From contig SVGK01000010.1 in the NCBI GenBank assembly GCA_015056395.1, forward strand, positions 1-26,758: DNA of 26,758 nt, read 5' to 3'. Position 1 is the stretch's first letter. Each line of letters opens with the position of its first letter. The stretch comes from Clostridiales bacterium (lineage in GTDB: Bacteria; Bacillota; Clostridia; Christensenellales; Aristaeellaceae). Positions 10,340-17,791 of the stretch are shown piece by piece. The position numbers were made by a program, and so were the translations under genes. The notes below the pieces were generated by a model. That model had not been told where the DNA came from, did not search any database, and was given only the letters and a program-made list of their open reading frames with translations.

Positions 10340-11578
10340 TCAGCTTCGTACCGCCTTCTTCAGCTTCTTTGCGATGCGCGCAGGCAGCAGGTCGGCGTGC
10401 GCGATCATCGCGTCGAGCAGCATATCAGGCAGCGCGCGTATCTCGTCCAGGGACATTTCGTCCAGCGCCTCCGCCATCTCCGCAAAGGTATCCTCCGGTT
10501 CCGCGTTGTCAAGGTGCTCTCTCATGTCGTCCGCGGCCTCGTCCAACCGATCCAGATCGTCCGTGACGGTCAGGCGGATGTTCGCCCTGCGGCAGAACTC
10601 TTCGAACAGGCACTTCGCCTCGTTCGAACGGACCCTGATCTCCTTGGGGTATCTGTCCTCCAGGCTTTCGATGAAGTGGTCCAGCATCGCGTCGGCGTCG
10701 TATGAGGGGACATTGCTCAGATGGGACACGTTCACAAGTCCATCCTCGTCCACGGACATCAGCATCGCGGGGAGGAACGGCGGGTCGCCTTCTATGGGGT
10801 GCGGCAGGCGCAGTATGTCGCACTCGTACACGCCCCGTTGCCTGTGCTTCATGAGCTTGGCTATGGCGATGTCGTTGATGCGGGTCGGCGTCGCGGGGAC
10901 AGGTTCGGCGTAAGGCGGCAGGGGTATGCGCTCCTGCTTCAATTTCCCGTCGACGATCGAATACAGCGGTATCGTCACACGGTCGCCGGAGAGACTGTCG
11001 AAGAGCCCCATCTGTTCCGCACCGTAGCACTGGTCGTGCCGGCCGACCACCACAGGCCGCAGCCCGAGCGACGACTTGCCGTGCGCCTTGATCTCCTCGC
11101 TCAGCCTGATCGCCACCCTGAGCGCCGTTTCGAGGAAGGTCCAGTCGTCGTCCTCCACGATATACCAGGGCAGGCAGTGCGGCCTGAAGCGCTGGAAATC
11201 CGGATATGGCGCGCGGAAGGGGATCCCCGCCGCGCTGCAGTATTCTCTGAGCATGTCGAGCTCGTCCGGCGCGAACCGGTCCCTCTGTTCGATGGAGCAC
11301 TGTATGCAATCCTGGCTCAGCATGTCGTCCATGCTGCCGTACACAAAGTCAGGCCCCGGATCGACGACCTTGCGGTATGTCGTGAAGCCCTCCGCGCCGA
11401 CGTACACGGACAGCGCCATGTGCTCGCCAAGGCTGCCCATGACGCAGCAGTAGCCGATCTCGCCCTGCCCATCGTTTGAAGGTATCCTGACGGCGAACAG
11501 CTCTTCTTCCGAGAGCTGCTTCCAGACCTTCGACTTGCGAAAGGCGTAGCCAAGGTCCAGGTAACGGTGATCGATCAT
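10340..11578 (-). CDS. Hypothetical cytoplasmic protein (412 aa), last gene of a three-gene minus-strand operon
   Basis: Long ORF with coding-like composition. Its start lies 25 nt downstream of the SGNH hydrolase stop. No family recognised by eye. Acidic C-terminal region. Confidence 0.7.
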   Translation of the reverse strand: MIDHRYLDLGYAFRKSKVWKQLSEEELFAVRIPSNDGQGEIGYCCVMGSLGEHMALSVYVGAEGFTTYRKVVDPGPDFVYGSMDDMLSQDCIQCSIEQRDRFAPDELDMLREYCSAAGIPFRAPYPDFQRFRPHCLPWYIVEDDDWTFLETALRVAIRLSEEIKAHGKSSLGLRPVVVGRHDQCYGAEQMGLFDSLSGDRVTIPLYSIVDGKLKQERIPLPPYAEPVPATPTRINDIAIAKLMKHRQRGVYECDILRLPHPIEGDPPFLPAMLMSVDEDGLVNVSHLSNVPSYDADAMLDHFIESLEDRYPKEIRVRSNEAKCLFEEFCRRANIRLTVTDDLDRLDEAADDMREHLDNAEPEDTFAEMAEALDEMSLDEIRALPDMLLDAMIAHADLLPARIAKKLKKAVRS

Positions 11579-11602
11579 ATGTGACGCTCCTTGATGGTCT
11601 TA

Positions 11603-12259
11603 TCACGCGAGCATCTCGCGTATCTTTTCCGCCACGACGGGCGCGAGCTTCGCGTGGTCCGCCCTGGAATAGTGCAGCCCGTCGAAATCGTTGATCTCGA
11701 AGCCGAGCTCCGCACAGTCGATGAAGCCGCAGCCGTGCCTTTCGGCGATGTCGCAGTACAGCGCGCCAAGCTGCAGGCTCTTTTGATAGGCCTCGTCGCC
11801 GAAGCGCGATGCGCTCCTGAGCTTGCCGATGTCCGGATGCGTCGGCGCGGGCGCGATCAGCAGCACCTTGGGCGCGGGATAACCGTAATAGCGCTGTTCA
11901 CACTCCCGCACCAGCATGTCCATGCCCTTGGCGATCATGCCCGCGGAGAGGTTGAAGTGGCGCTTGAGCTCGTTGCAGCCCAGCTGCAGCACGGTCAGAT
12001 CCAGCGGCGCGTGCGCGTCCAGCGCGACCCTGAGGCCAGTGATGCCCCTGCGCAGCGGGAAGTAGGGGTCTTCGACCATGATCGTGCGTCCGTTCAGCGC
12101 GTCCGTGACGACGTCGAACCCGTCGCCCAGCAGCGCGCGCACACGCCCGGGCCAGTGCTCGTCCTCACGCATGCGCCTGCAGGTGTCGAGCTCGGGGATG
12201 TACTGCGTGTGGTCATAGCCCCAGGTGTTGGAATCGCCGAATATCAGTATGCGTTTCAT
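11603..12259 (-). CDS. SGNH/GDSL-family hydrolase (esterase/lipase-like)
   Basis: N-terminal GDSNTWG (block I serine). A GxND-like block. C-terminal DGLHYS (catalytic Asp-x-x-His). ATGA start/stop overlap with the upstream gene. Confidence 0.85.
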   Translation of the reverse strand: MKRILIFGDSNTWGYDHTQYIPELDTCRRMREDEHWPGRVRALLGDGFDVVTDALNGRTIMVEDPYFPLRRGITGLRVALDAHAPLDLTVLQLGCNELKRHFNLSAGMIAKGMDMLVRECEQRYYGYPAPKVLLIAPAPTHPDIGKLRSASRFGDEAYQKSLQLGALYCDIAERHGCGFIDCAELGFEINDFDGLHYSRADHAKLAPVVAEKIREMLA

Positions 12260-12756
12260 GTGCGGATCCCCTTCGCTTCGTCCAGCGCCTTGCGTATCAG
12301 CACGATCTTGCGCTCGTCCTGTTTGTGCTTGACGTTCTTTCGATAGCCGTCCTTTGAGGAAGCCTCATAAACCCTGAGATAATCGGGAAGCGTCAAAAGC
12401 CCATAACGCGCGCCCTTCTCCTCGACGATCGGTATTCTGGATATGTCCACGCCGGCGAAGGGCCCGAGGCTCTCCAGCGAAGCGAAGGCCACGCTGACGC
12501 CGTCCCTTTCGAAGGCGTGCTCCGAGTCGTCATACAGCGCATAGCCCAGCGCCGCCATGGCCCGGCTGAGCATGGGCCAGGCCTCGCGCAGCAGGCGTTC
12601 GGGGACCAGCACGTCCACGTCGTCCGCGTCGAGACTGCGGTCCAGGCGTTCCTCGAGCCCCAGCGAACCAAACAACAGCGGTTCGACGCCGAAGCCCTCG
12701 TTCAACATGCGCGCGACCTGCAAAAATGCCGCGCGTTTCGCGCCGTCAGCTCTCAT
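12256..12756 (-). CDS. Nucleotidyltransferase-fold protein (Pol-beta-like NTase superfamily, 166 aa)
   Basis: Motif LLFGSLGLEERLDRSLDADDVDVLV fits hG[GS]-x(9-13)-DxD. The ATG at 12756 is preceded by AGGAGG 5 nt upstream. The longer ORF-track start at 12876 has no RBS and would read through the upstream hairpin. Confidence 0.7.
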   Translation of the reverse strand: MRADGAKRAAFLQVARMLNEGFGVEPLLFGSLGLEERLDRSLDADDVDVLVPERLLREAWPMLSRAMAALGYALYDDSEHAFERDGVSVAFASLESLGPFAGVDISRIPIVEEKGARYGLLTLPDYLRVYEASSKDGYRKNVKHKQDERKIVLIRKALDEAKGIRT

Positions 12757-12792
12757 GCGTCCTCCTGCGTGCGAACATCCCATCGTCCTCCA

Positions 12793-13345
12793 CAGCGGCG
12801 GCCTCCGGGCCGCCACGCTGTCCATCCGTTCCAGTCTGCGGTCAGTTCGAGGCGAGGAACAGCTTCCAGTCCTCATCTGATATGGAAAACTTGTCGACGA
12901 TCTCCTCGTCCGACCAGCCGGTGGTCAGGCGCAGCTTGCGTATCGTGTCGAAGAGGCTGTTCAAGCGCCCCTCGGCGCGTCCTTCTTCGCGTCCCTCTCT
13001 ACGTCCTTCTTCGCGCCCTTCCTGATAGATATCTTCAATGATGCTGCACATTGCACGTACCCCGTGGCCCCTCCGCAGCGGCGGCCTCCAGGCCGCCACA
13101 CCATCGTCCGTTCCCGCCTGCAATCAGTCCGAGGCGAGGAACAGCTTCCAGTCCTCGCTCGATATGGAGAGCTTGTCGACGATCTCCTCGTCTGACCAGC
13201 CTGTGGTCAGGCGCAGCTTGCGGATCGTGTCGAAGAGGCTGTTCAGGCGCCCCTCGGTGCGTCCTTCTTTGCGTCCCTCTTCGCGTCCTTCTTCGCGTCC
13301 TTCTTCGCGCCCCTCCTGATAGATATCTTCCATGATCTTGCACAT
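12793..13345. repeat. Two tandem ~270-284-bp direct repeats (~88% identity) spanning the 3' end of the Rpn-type gene plus its downstream GGCGGCC-n4-GGCCGCC hairpin
   Basis: Copy 1 is ~12793-13060 and copy 2 is ~13077-13345. Both begin CAGCGGCGGCCTCCRGGCCGCCAC and contain ...CGAGGCGAGGAACAGCTTCCAGTCCTC... Confidence 0.85.
12842..13051 (-). pseudogene. Duplicated C-terminal fragment (~69 aa) of the adjacent Rpn/YhgA-type nuclease gene
   Basis: MCSIIEDIYQEGREEGRREGREEGRAEGRLNSLFDTIRKLRLTTGWSDEEIVDKFSISDEDWKLFLASN is ~85% identical to the last ~70 aa of the 13124..13996 product. It arises from a 284-bp tandem DNA duplication. Confidence 0.75.
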
Positions 13346-13996
13346 TTCAAGCGCCCCCTTTGGGTCGTCCTTATAATACCCGCTTCGTTCCGCCATCTCC
13401 TCGTACAGCATATCCCCGGGATCGCTGCACAGGAAATCGTGCATCAGCTTTCCCAGCGCGTCGTCGCCCCTGTACTGGCCGTTGACATACAGTATGTGTT
13501 CGCGGTCGTCGAAGGGCGCGCCGGTGCCCAGGTTGATGCGCTCGACCGGATAAAGCCCCTTCCCCATGCGGAACACGTCGTGCTCCGTGATGAATATGAC
13601 ATAGGTCTCCGGCAGCGCCCTGAAGGGCTGTCCCGCGCTCAGAGCTTCGATGTCCATCGCGGCTGAGTGGTACCGGGCGCGCTCCGGCTCGGCGCCCTCG
13701 TCCGCGCGCTGCACCTCGATGTCATACTGCCTGTGCTTGCTGTCCGTGGCGTGCACGTCCAGCGTCACGGACCGTGCGCCGGCCAGCCGCTTCATGTCGC
13801 GCTGCGTCTCCGCGCCGGTGAGCACCAGGTCGTCCTTGTCCAGTATGATCCTCAGCACGAACTGCGCAAACGGCAGATCGTCGCGGAACATGCAGCGCAT
13901 GAACACGTCGTCAATGGGACGCAGCTGCGCAAGCCGCGCAAGGCTCCGCTCCGTGAACTGCCTGCGCCAGGCCTCGTCGATGTTCATGGCGCACAC
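13124..13996 (-). CDS. Rpn/YhgA-like PD-(D/E)XK family recombination-promoting nuclease / putative transposase
   Basis: The D...IEVQ core (LDVHATDSKHRQYDIEVQRA) is typical of the transposase_31/PDDEXK families. The C-terminal EGREEGREEGREEGRKEGRTEGR repeats and the LNSLFDTIRKL...WSDEEI tail are hallmarks of this family. Confidence 0.75.
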   Translation of the reverse strand: MCAMNIDEAWRRQFTERSLARLAQLRPIDDVFMRCMFRDDLPFAQFVLRIILDKDDLVLTGAETQRDMKRLAGARSVTLDVHATDSKHRQYDIEVQRADEGAEPERARYHSAAMDIEALSAGQPFRALPETYVIFITEHDVFRMGKGLYPVERINLGTGAPFDDREHILYVNGQYRGDDALGKLMHDFLCSDPGDMLYEEMAERSGYYKDDPKGALEMCKIMEDIYQEGREEGREEGREEGRKEGRTEGRLNSLFDTIRKLRLTTGWSDEEIVDKLSISSEDWKLFLASD

Positions 13997-14162
13997 CTCC
14001 TCTGCTCCGAATCTATTATATCATGGATACGAACGGCGCGCAAGGTGTTCGCAGCGCGTTGCGTTTCGGTTAATTGCATTCGGATGGTATAGACCCCTTG
14101 AAATCAGCGTCCACATAGATTATACTAATGTAAATAGGTATGCCCTGAAGGAGAGTGAGCCC

Positions 14163-15923
14163 ATGAGCAAGTTCTTTATCGAATGCCCGGCCTGTCACCG
14201 CTACAGCCAGGCCTCCACGTCCCTGTTTGCCAGCCGGCGCATACGCTGCGCCTGCGGCTTCACCATCGACGTCAAGGCGGACCGCATCACCACGCGCGTC
14301 TGTCCGTCCTGCGGCAATTCCATCGCTTTCGACCAGGCGAAGGGCGCGACGGCGAAGTGCCCCATATGCAGGGCGCAGCTGCTCACGCCGGAGAGCATGA
14401 ACAGCCTGGTCACGTTCGCGTGCCGCACCTGCGGCTGCACGCTGCAGGCGAACAAGGGCGCGCAGCAGATCACGTGCCCCCTGTGCGACACGGTCAACGA
14501 CGTGCAGGCCGAGGTCAAGCTCGCGGCGCAGCGCGCGCAAGGCACGCCGCAGGTCATACGCTACGAGGGCGACAACATGACGTTCGTCTGGCGGCACCCC
14601 GCGACGGACTTCGTGATGGGCTCGCAGCTGATCGTGCACGAGAGCCAGGAGGCTCTGTTCTTCCGCAACGGCGAGGCGCTGGATTCGTTCCCAGCGGGAC
14701 GCTACACGCTCGAGACCGCGACGCTGCCGCGCATGAATGGCCTGCTGCCGCTGCCTGTGCAGGGACAGCCCTTCCACGCGGAGGTCTTCTTTGTCAACCT
14801 GACCACGCAGATGGGCATCAAATGGGGCACCAACAGCAAGGTCGGACTGTTCGACCCGGCCAGCGGCCTGCATGTGGAGCTGGGCGCGTCCGGCAGCTTC
14901 AACCTGCGCGTGACGGACCCGCGGCGGCTCGTGATCCGCCTGGTCGGCACCACGGACAGGCTGACGCAGGAGCAGGTGTTCGGGCACGACGGCGGCTACT
15001 TCCGCACGCTGGTCATGACGAAGGTCAAGGCGAACCTCGCGCGCGTGATCAGGGAGAACCGCATATCCGTGCTGGAGCTGGACCAGCACATCGACGTGAT
15101 CGGCGAGGCGCTGCGCACGCAGATCAACGCGGAGTTAGAGGAATACGGCATGACCATGCCTGAGTTCTACGTCGCCAACATACTGACGCCGGACGACGAC
15201 CCGAACTTCAGGCGCATGAAGCAGCAGCACGCGGAGCTCTACCTGCGCACGCGCGAGGAGGAGATCCGTAAGGCCGAGGCGGAGGCGGCGTTCGAGCGCA
15301 AGGCGGTCGAGGCGCAGACGCAGGCGCGCATGAAGGTGATCGGCGCGCAGGGCGAAGCCGACGCCATGCGCATACAGGCGCAGGCCCAGGCGGACGCCTA
15401 CCGCATGCAGGCGGAGGCGGAGGCGCAGGAGATGCGCATGAAGGGCTACACCTACCAGCAGGAGACGACGCGCCAGGTCGCCACGGAGGCGGTCAAAAAC
15501 GGCGGCGCGGGCGGCTTGGCCGGCGACGTGACGGGCGTGCTGGGTGGCGCGATGCAGCTGGGCCTCGGCCTGGGCGCGGCCGGCAGCGTGATCGGCATGA
15601 CGAAGGACGCGCTGGGCGCGATGAACGCGGCCGTGCCGCAGGCGCCCGCCGCGACGGACGACGGCTGGACGTGCGAGGGCTGCGGCTGCACGGGCAACAC
15701 GACGAACTTCTGCCCGAACTGCGGGCGGCGGCGGCCCGAGGCAGGCTGGACGTGCCCGGGCTGCGGGCAGGCGGGCATCACGACGAACTTCTGTCCGAAC
15801 TGCGGGAGGCGACGGCCCGAGGCGGGCTGGACGTGTCCCGGCTGCGGGCTCACGGGCATCACGACGAACTTCTGTCCGAACTGCGGCGCCAAGAAGGGTG
15901 AGAAGGGAGATGTCGAGGGATGA
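14163..15923 (+). CDS. SPFH/Band-7 (YdjI-like, Band_7_1) domain protein fused to multiple zinc ribbons
   Basis: RBS GAAGGAGAG at 14148-14156, then ATG at 14163; the ORF-track start at 13650 is an unsupported extension. The N-terminus has three CxxC...CxxC pairs. The central segment (IRYEGDNMTFVWRHPATDFVMGSQLIVHESQEALFFRNGEALDSFPAGRYTLETATLP...FHAEVFFVNLTTQMGIKWGT) resembles B. subtilis YdjI-type SPFH. An A/E/Q-rich coiled coil, a Gly-rich linker, and three GWTCPGCG..TTNFCPNCG zinc-ribbon repeats follow. Confidence 0.8.
   Translation: MSKFFIECPACHRYSQASTSLFASRRIRCACGFTIDVKADRITTRVCPSCGNSIAFDQAKGATAKCPICRAQLLTPESMNSLVTFACRTCGCTLQANKGAQQITCPLCDTVNDVQAEVKLAAQRAQGTPQVIRYEGDNMTFVWRHPATDFVMGSQLIVHESQEALFFRNGEALDSFPAGRYTLETATLPRMNGLLPLPVQGQPFHAEVFFVNLTTQMGIKWGTNSKVGLFDPASGLHVELGASGSFNLRVTDPRRLVIRLVGTTDRLTQEQVFGHDGGYFRTLVMTKVKANLARVIRENRISVLELDQHIDVIGEALRTQINAELEEYGMTMPEFYVANILTPDDDPNFRRMKQQHAELYLRTREEEIRKAEAEAAFERKAVEAQTQARMKVIGAQGEADAMRIQAQAQADAYRMQAEAEAQEMRMKGYTYQQETTRQVATEAVKNGGAGGLAGDVTGVLGGAMQLGLGLGAAGSVIGMTKDALGAMNAAVPQAPAATDDGWTCEGCGCTGNTTNFCPNCGRRRPEAGWTCPGCGQAGITTNFCPNCGRRRPEAGWTCPGCGLTGITTNFCPNCGAKKGEKGDVEG
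15657..15899 (+). repeat. Three near-perfect 81-bp (27-aa) tandem repeats inside the SPFH gene, each encoding one C4 zinc ribbon
   Basis: GGCTGGACGTG recurs at 15663, 15744 and 15825 with an exact 81-nt period. The encoded units are GWTC[EP]GCGxxGxTTNFCPNCGRRRPEA. Confidence 0.9.
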
Positions 15924-16579
15924 AGAACGGTAAGGGCCATTTCCTTGCGCTTTGGGCCATCGCGCTGGCGCTGTTCGTGGTGCTGGCGCTGGCGATACCT
16001 TTTGCGCGGACGCCGGTGTACTGGATCGGCTTTTGCGCGACGCTTTTGATGTTCGCCGTAGTGACGGCGGCATTCATGCGCGCGTTCAGGGACGGGCGGT
16101 CGCTCGAGAGCGCGCTGCTGGGCTGGCCCATATTCAAGTGCGGCGCACTGGCGCTCGGCGCGCAGCTGATCGCGGGCTTTGCGCTGATGGCGCTGGCGCG
16201 CGCGCTCGGCGTCACCGCGGCTGTGGTGATCGAGATCGTGCTGTTCGGCTGCGCGGCGGCGGTGCTGGTCGCGCGGGACGCGGCGCGCGCCGCTGTCGAG
16301 CAGACGGAGGCGCGCGTGCGGGATGACACCGGCGCGTGGAAGGCACTGCGCGCGCAGGCGAGCGCGTTCGCGGCGGCGGCCGGCAGCGACGCGGCGCGCA
16401 AACTCGCCGACGACATACGCTTTGCGGACCCGAGGCCCACGGACATGGACGGCGATATCGCGCAGGCCGTGGGCGCGCTGGGCGCGGACGCGGCGGACGA
16501 GGATATCGAGCAGGTCAGAAAGATGGTCGGAAGGAGAAACGCGCTGGCGAAGGCGGGGAAGAAGGAAATGCAGAATTGA
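15920..16579 (+). CDS. Small membrane protein (about 4 TM helices, Ala-rich cytoplasmic C-terminus), translationally coupled to the SPFH gene
   Basis: ATGA overlap with the upstream stop (15920-15923). Hydrophobic segments are HFLALWAIALALFVVLALAI, VYWIGFCATLLMFAVVTAAF, GALALGAQLIAGFALMALA and AAVVIEIVLFGCAAAVLV. Confidence 0.75.
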   Translation: MKNGKGHFLALWAIALALFVVLALAIPFARTPVYWIGFCATLLMFAVVTAAFMRAFRDGRSLESALLGWPIFKCGALALGAQLIAGFALMALARALGVTAAVVIEIVLFGCAAAVLVARDAARAAVEQTEARVRDDTGAWKALRAQASAFAAAAGSDAARKLADDIRFADPRPTDMDGDIAQAVGALGADAADEDIEQVRKMVGRRNALAKAGKKEMQN

Positions 16580-16613
16580 TAATTCAGAATTCAGAATTAA
16601 GAATTAAGAATGG
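16580..16613. repeat. AT-rich heptamer microsatellite (AATTCAG x2, AATTAAG x2) directly after the stop codon
   Basis: taATTCAGAATTCAGAATTAAGAATTAAGAATgg contains two EcoRI sites. It is an AT island in an otherwise >65% GC context. Confidence 0.7.
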
Positions 16614-16664
16614 ATAGCCCGGAGACCCGAACGTGCGGGTCCCCCGCAATGCCCCGAACGACCT

Positions 16665-17655
16665 CGTAGCGGTGGCGTCTACGCCGCCATATCCCTCGCC
16701 ATTCCCGCCAGGGAATGCGAAACGACCGAAGGACCTCATCCGGCCCTCACGGGCCACCTTCCCCAAAGGGCAACGCTGTCAACTTTGAACAAGGACATAA
16801 CAAATCATAGATATACGTCGTCCAGCGGGAATGGCGGCTGATAGCCGCCGCTACGGATCACATGATCTGCAAATGTAACCGCATAAACGGCACGGGATCG
16901 TCTTAAGTTGACAGCGTTGCCCCAAAGGGGAAGGCAAGGTCCGCCATTCAATATACGATCCGCCGTCGTACCTCGCCCATCGGTCCCGAGGACGATGATC
17001 AACAGACAAAGAGACGATCGGCCCACGAATGTACCCATATCACAGCTCGGCACGCCCGATCCTCGCCCGGAGCGGCGTCCTGTCGACGCCGTCTCCGCGA
17101 CAAAACCTCGAGCCGTCCGCTCCTATCCGACCTTGATCCCCGAGCTGACGTGGCCCGTTGGACCGCGTACAGCACAGCCACCGCGCCGAAGGCGCGGCGC
17201 GAAGCGTCCTTGAGGGTCCTCATGCTGTCTGCTAAACTGAAGCACACGGCGGCGTGATAAGGTTTCGTTTCCAACCTCTCACCCGTCGCCGTGGCCTCAT
17301 ACAAGCAGACAGCAGGAGGTTCATCAAGGATGGCGGCCGGACGAGGTATCCGTCCCCCCCAACGACCCCGTAGCGGCGGCTATCAGCCGCCACATCCCTC
17401 GCCATTCCCAACAGACAAGCCGAAACGACCGAAGGACCTCATCCGGCCCTCACGGGCCACCTTCCCCAAAGGGCAACGCTGTCAACTTAAGGCGATCCCG
17501 TTTTGGTTGTGCAGCTACATCTGCAGATCGTGTGATCCGTAGCGGCGGCTATCAGCCGCCATTTCCGACGCACAACGTATACCCGTGATTTGTTATGGTC
17601 TTGTTAAAAGTTGACAGCGTTGCCCCAGAGGGGAAGGCAAGGTCCGTCATTTGAA
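16665..17655. mobile_element. Non-coding MITE-like composite repeat: ~115-bp inverted arms (16827-16943 and 17455-17566) around a ~500-bp core, with extra partial copies on both sides
   Basis: The left arm and the reverse complement of the right arm align at ~85% (GGAATGGCGGCTGATAGCCGCCGCTACGGATCACAYGATCTGCA...CTTAAGTTGACAGCGTTGCCC...). Direct repeats 16665-16786 and 17369-17488 share an identical 66-bp block at 16721-16786 and 17424-17488. There is a further fragment at 17609-17652. The only ORFs here are spurious GC-frame ORFs. Confidence 0.6.
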
Positions 17656-17791
17656 TACAAGATCGACCGCACCCCCCAGAATCACGGCCAGCGTTCGATC
17701 TCCGGCCAATAATTCCGAAACACCCGGAGGGTGTCTAGCGAAGCGTCGATTCCGAATTACCCCATCCCCCCACGACCAAAGGAGCAACACC

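Noticed and set aside
10374-11479. Multiple overlapping ORFs in both orientations over 10.3-11.6 kb (10509..11309 -, 10721..11479 +, 10374..10913 +)
   Set aside because: Only the 412-aa minus-strand frame has normal amino-acid composition and fits the operon. The others are Arg/Ser-rich shadows.
13650-14162. N-terminal 171-aa extension of the SPFH ORF (13650..15923)
   Set aside because: The extension overlaps the opposite-strand Rpn gene and has no RBS. A strong RBS precedes the ATG at 14163, where the zinc-ribbon domain begins.
14070-16446. Antisense ORFs 14070..15089 -, 15135..16073 -, 15859..16446 - and same-strand shadows 14183..15163 +, 15952..16326 +
   Set aside because: They overlap the well-supported SPFH and membrane-protein genes. 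Their compositions are extreme Arg/Ala/Gly-rich, typical of GC shadows.
16620-16700. tRNA-like or other RNA gene in the hairpin-rich intergenic regions
   Set aside because: The simple stem-loops (GACCCG-aacgtg-CGGGTC and the like) have neither cloverleaf potential nor conserved T-loop or anticodon features. No rRNA or tRNA was recognised anywhere in the window.
17609-17640. Possible promoter from the TTGACA inside the repeat (AAGTTGACAGCGTTGCC)
   Set aside because: No acceptable -10 hexamer lies 16-18 bp downstream in any copy. The TTGACA is part of the conserved repeat and occurs in both orientations.
17651-17791. Upstream extension of the TIR ORF, and ORF 17735..19138 on the minus strand
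   Set aside because: The extension lies inside the repeat block and has no RBS, whereas AAAGGAG precedes the ATG at 17792. The 467-aa antisense ORF is an Arg/Leu/Ala-rich GC artefact.
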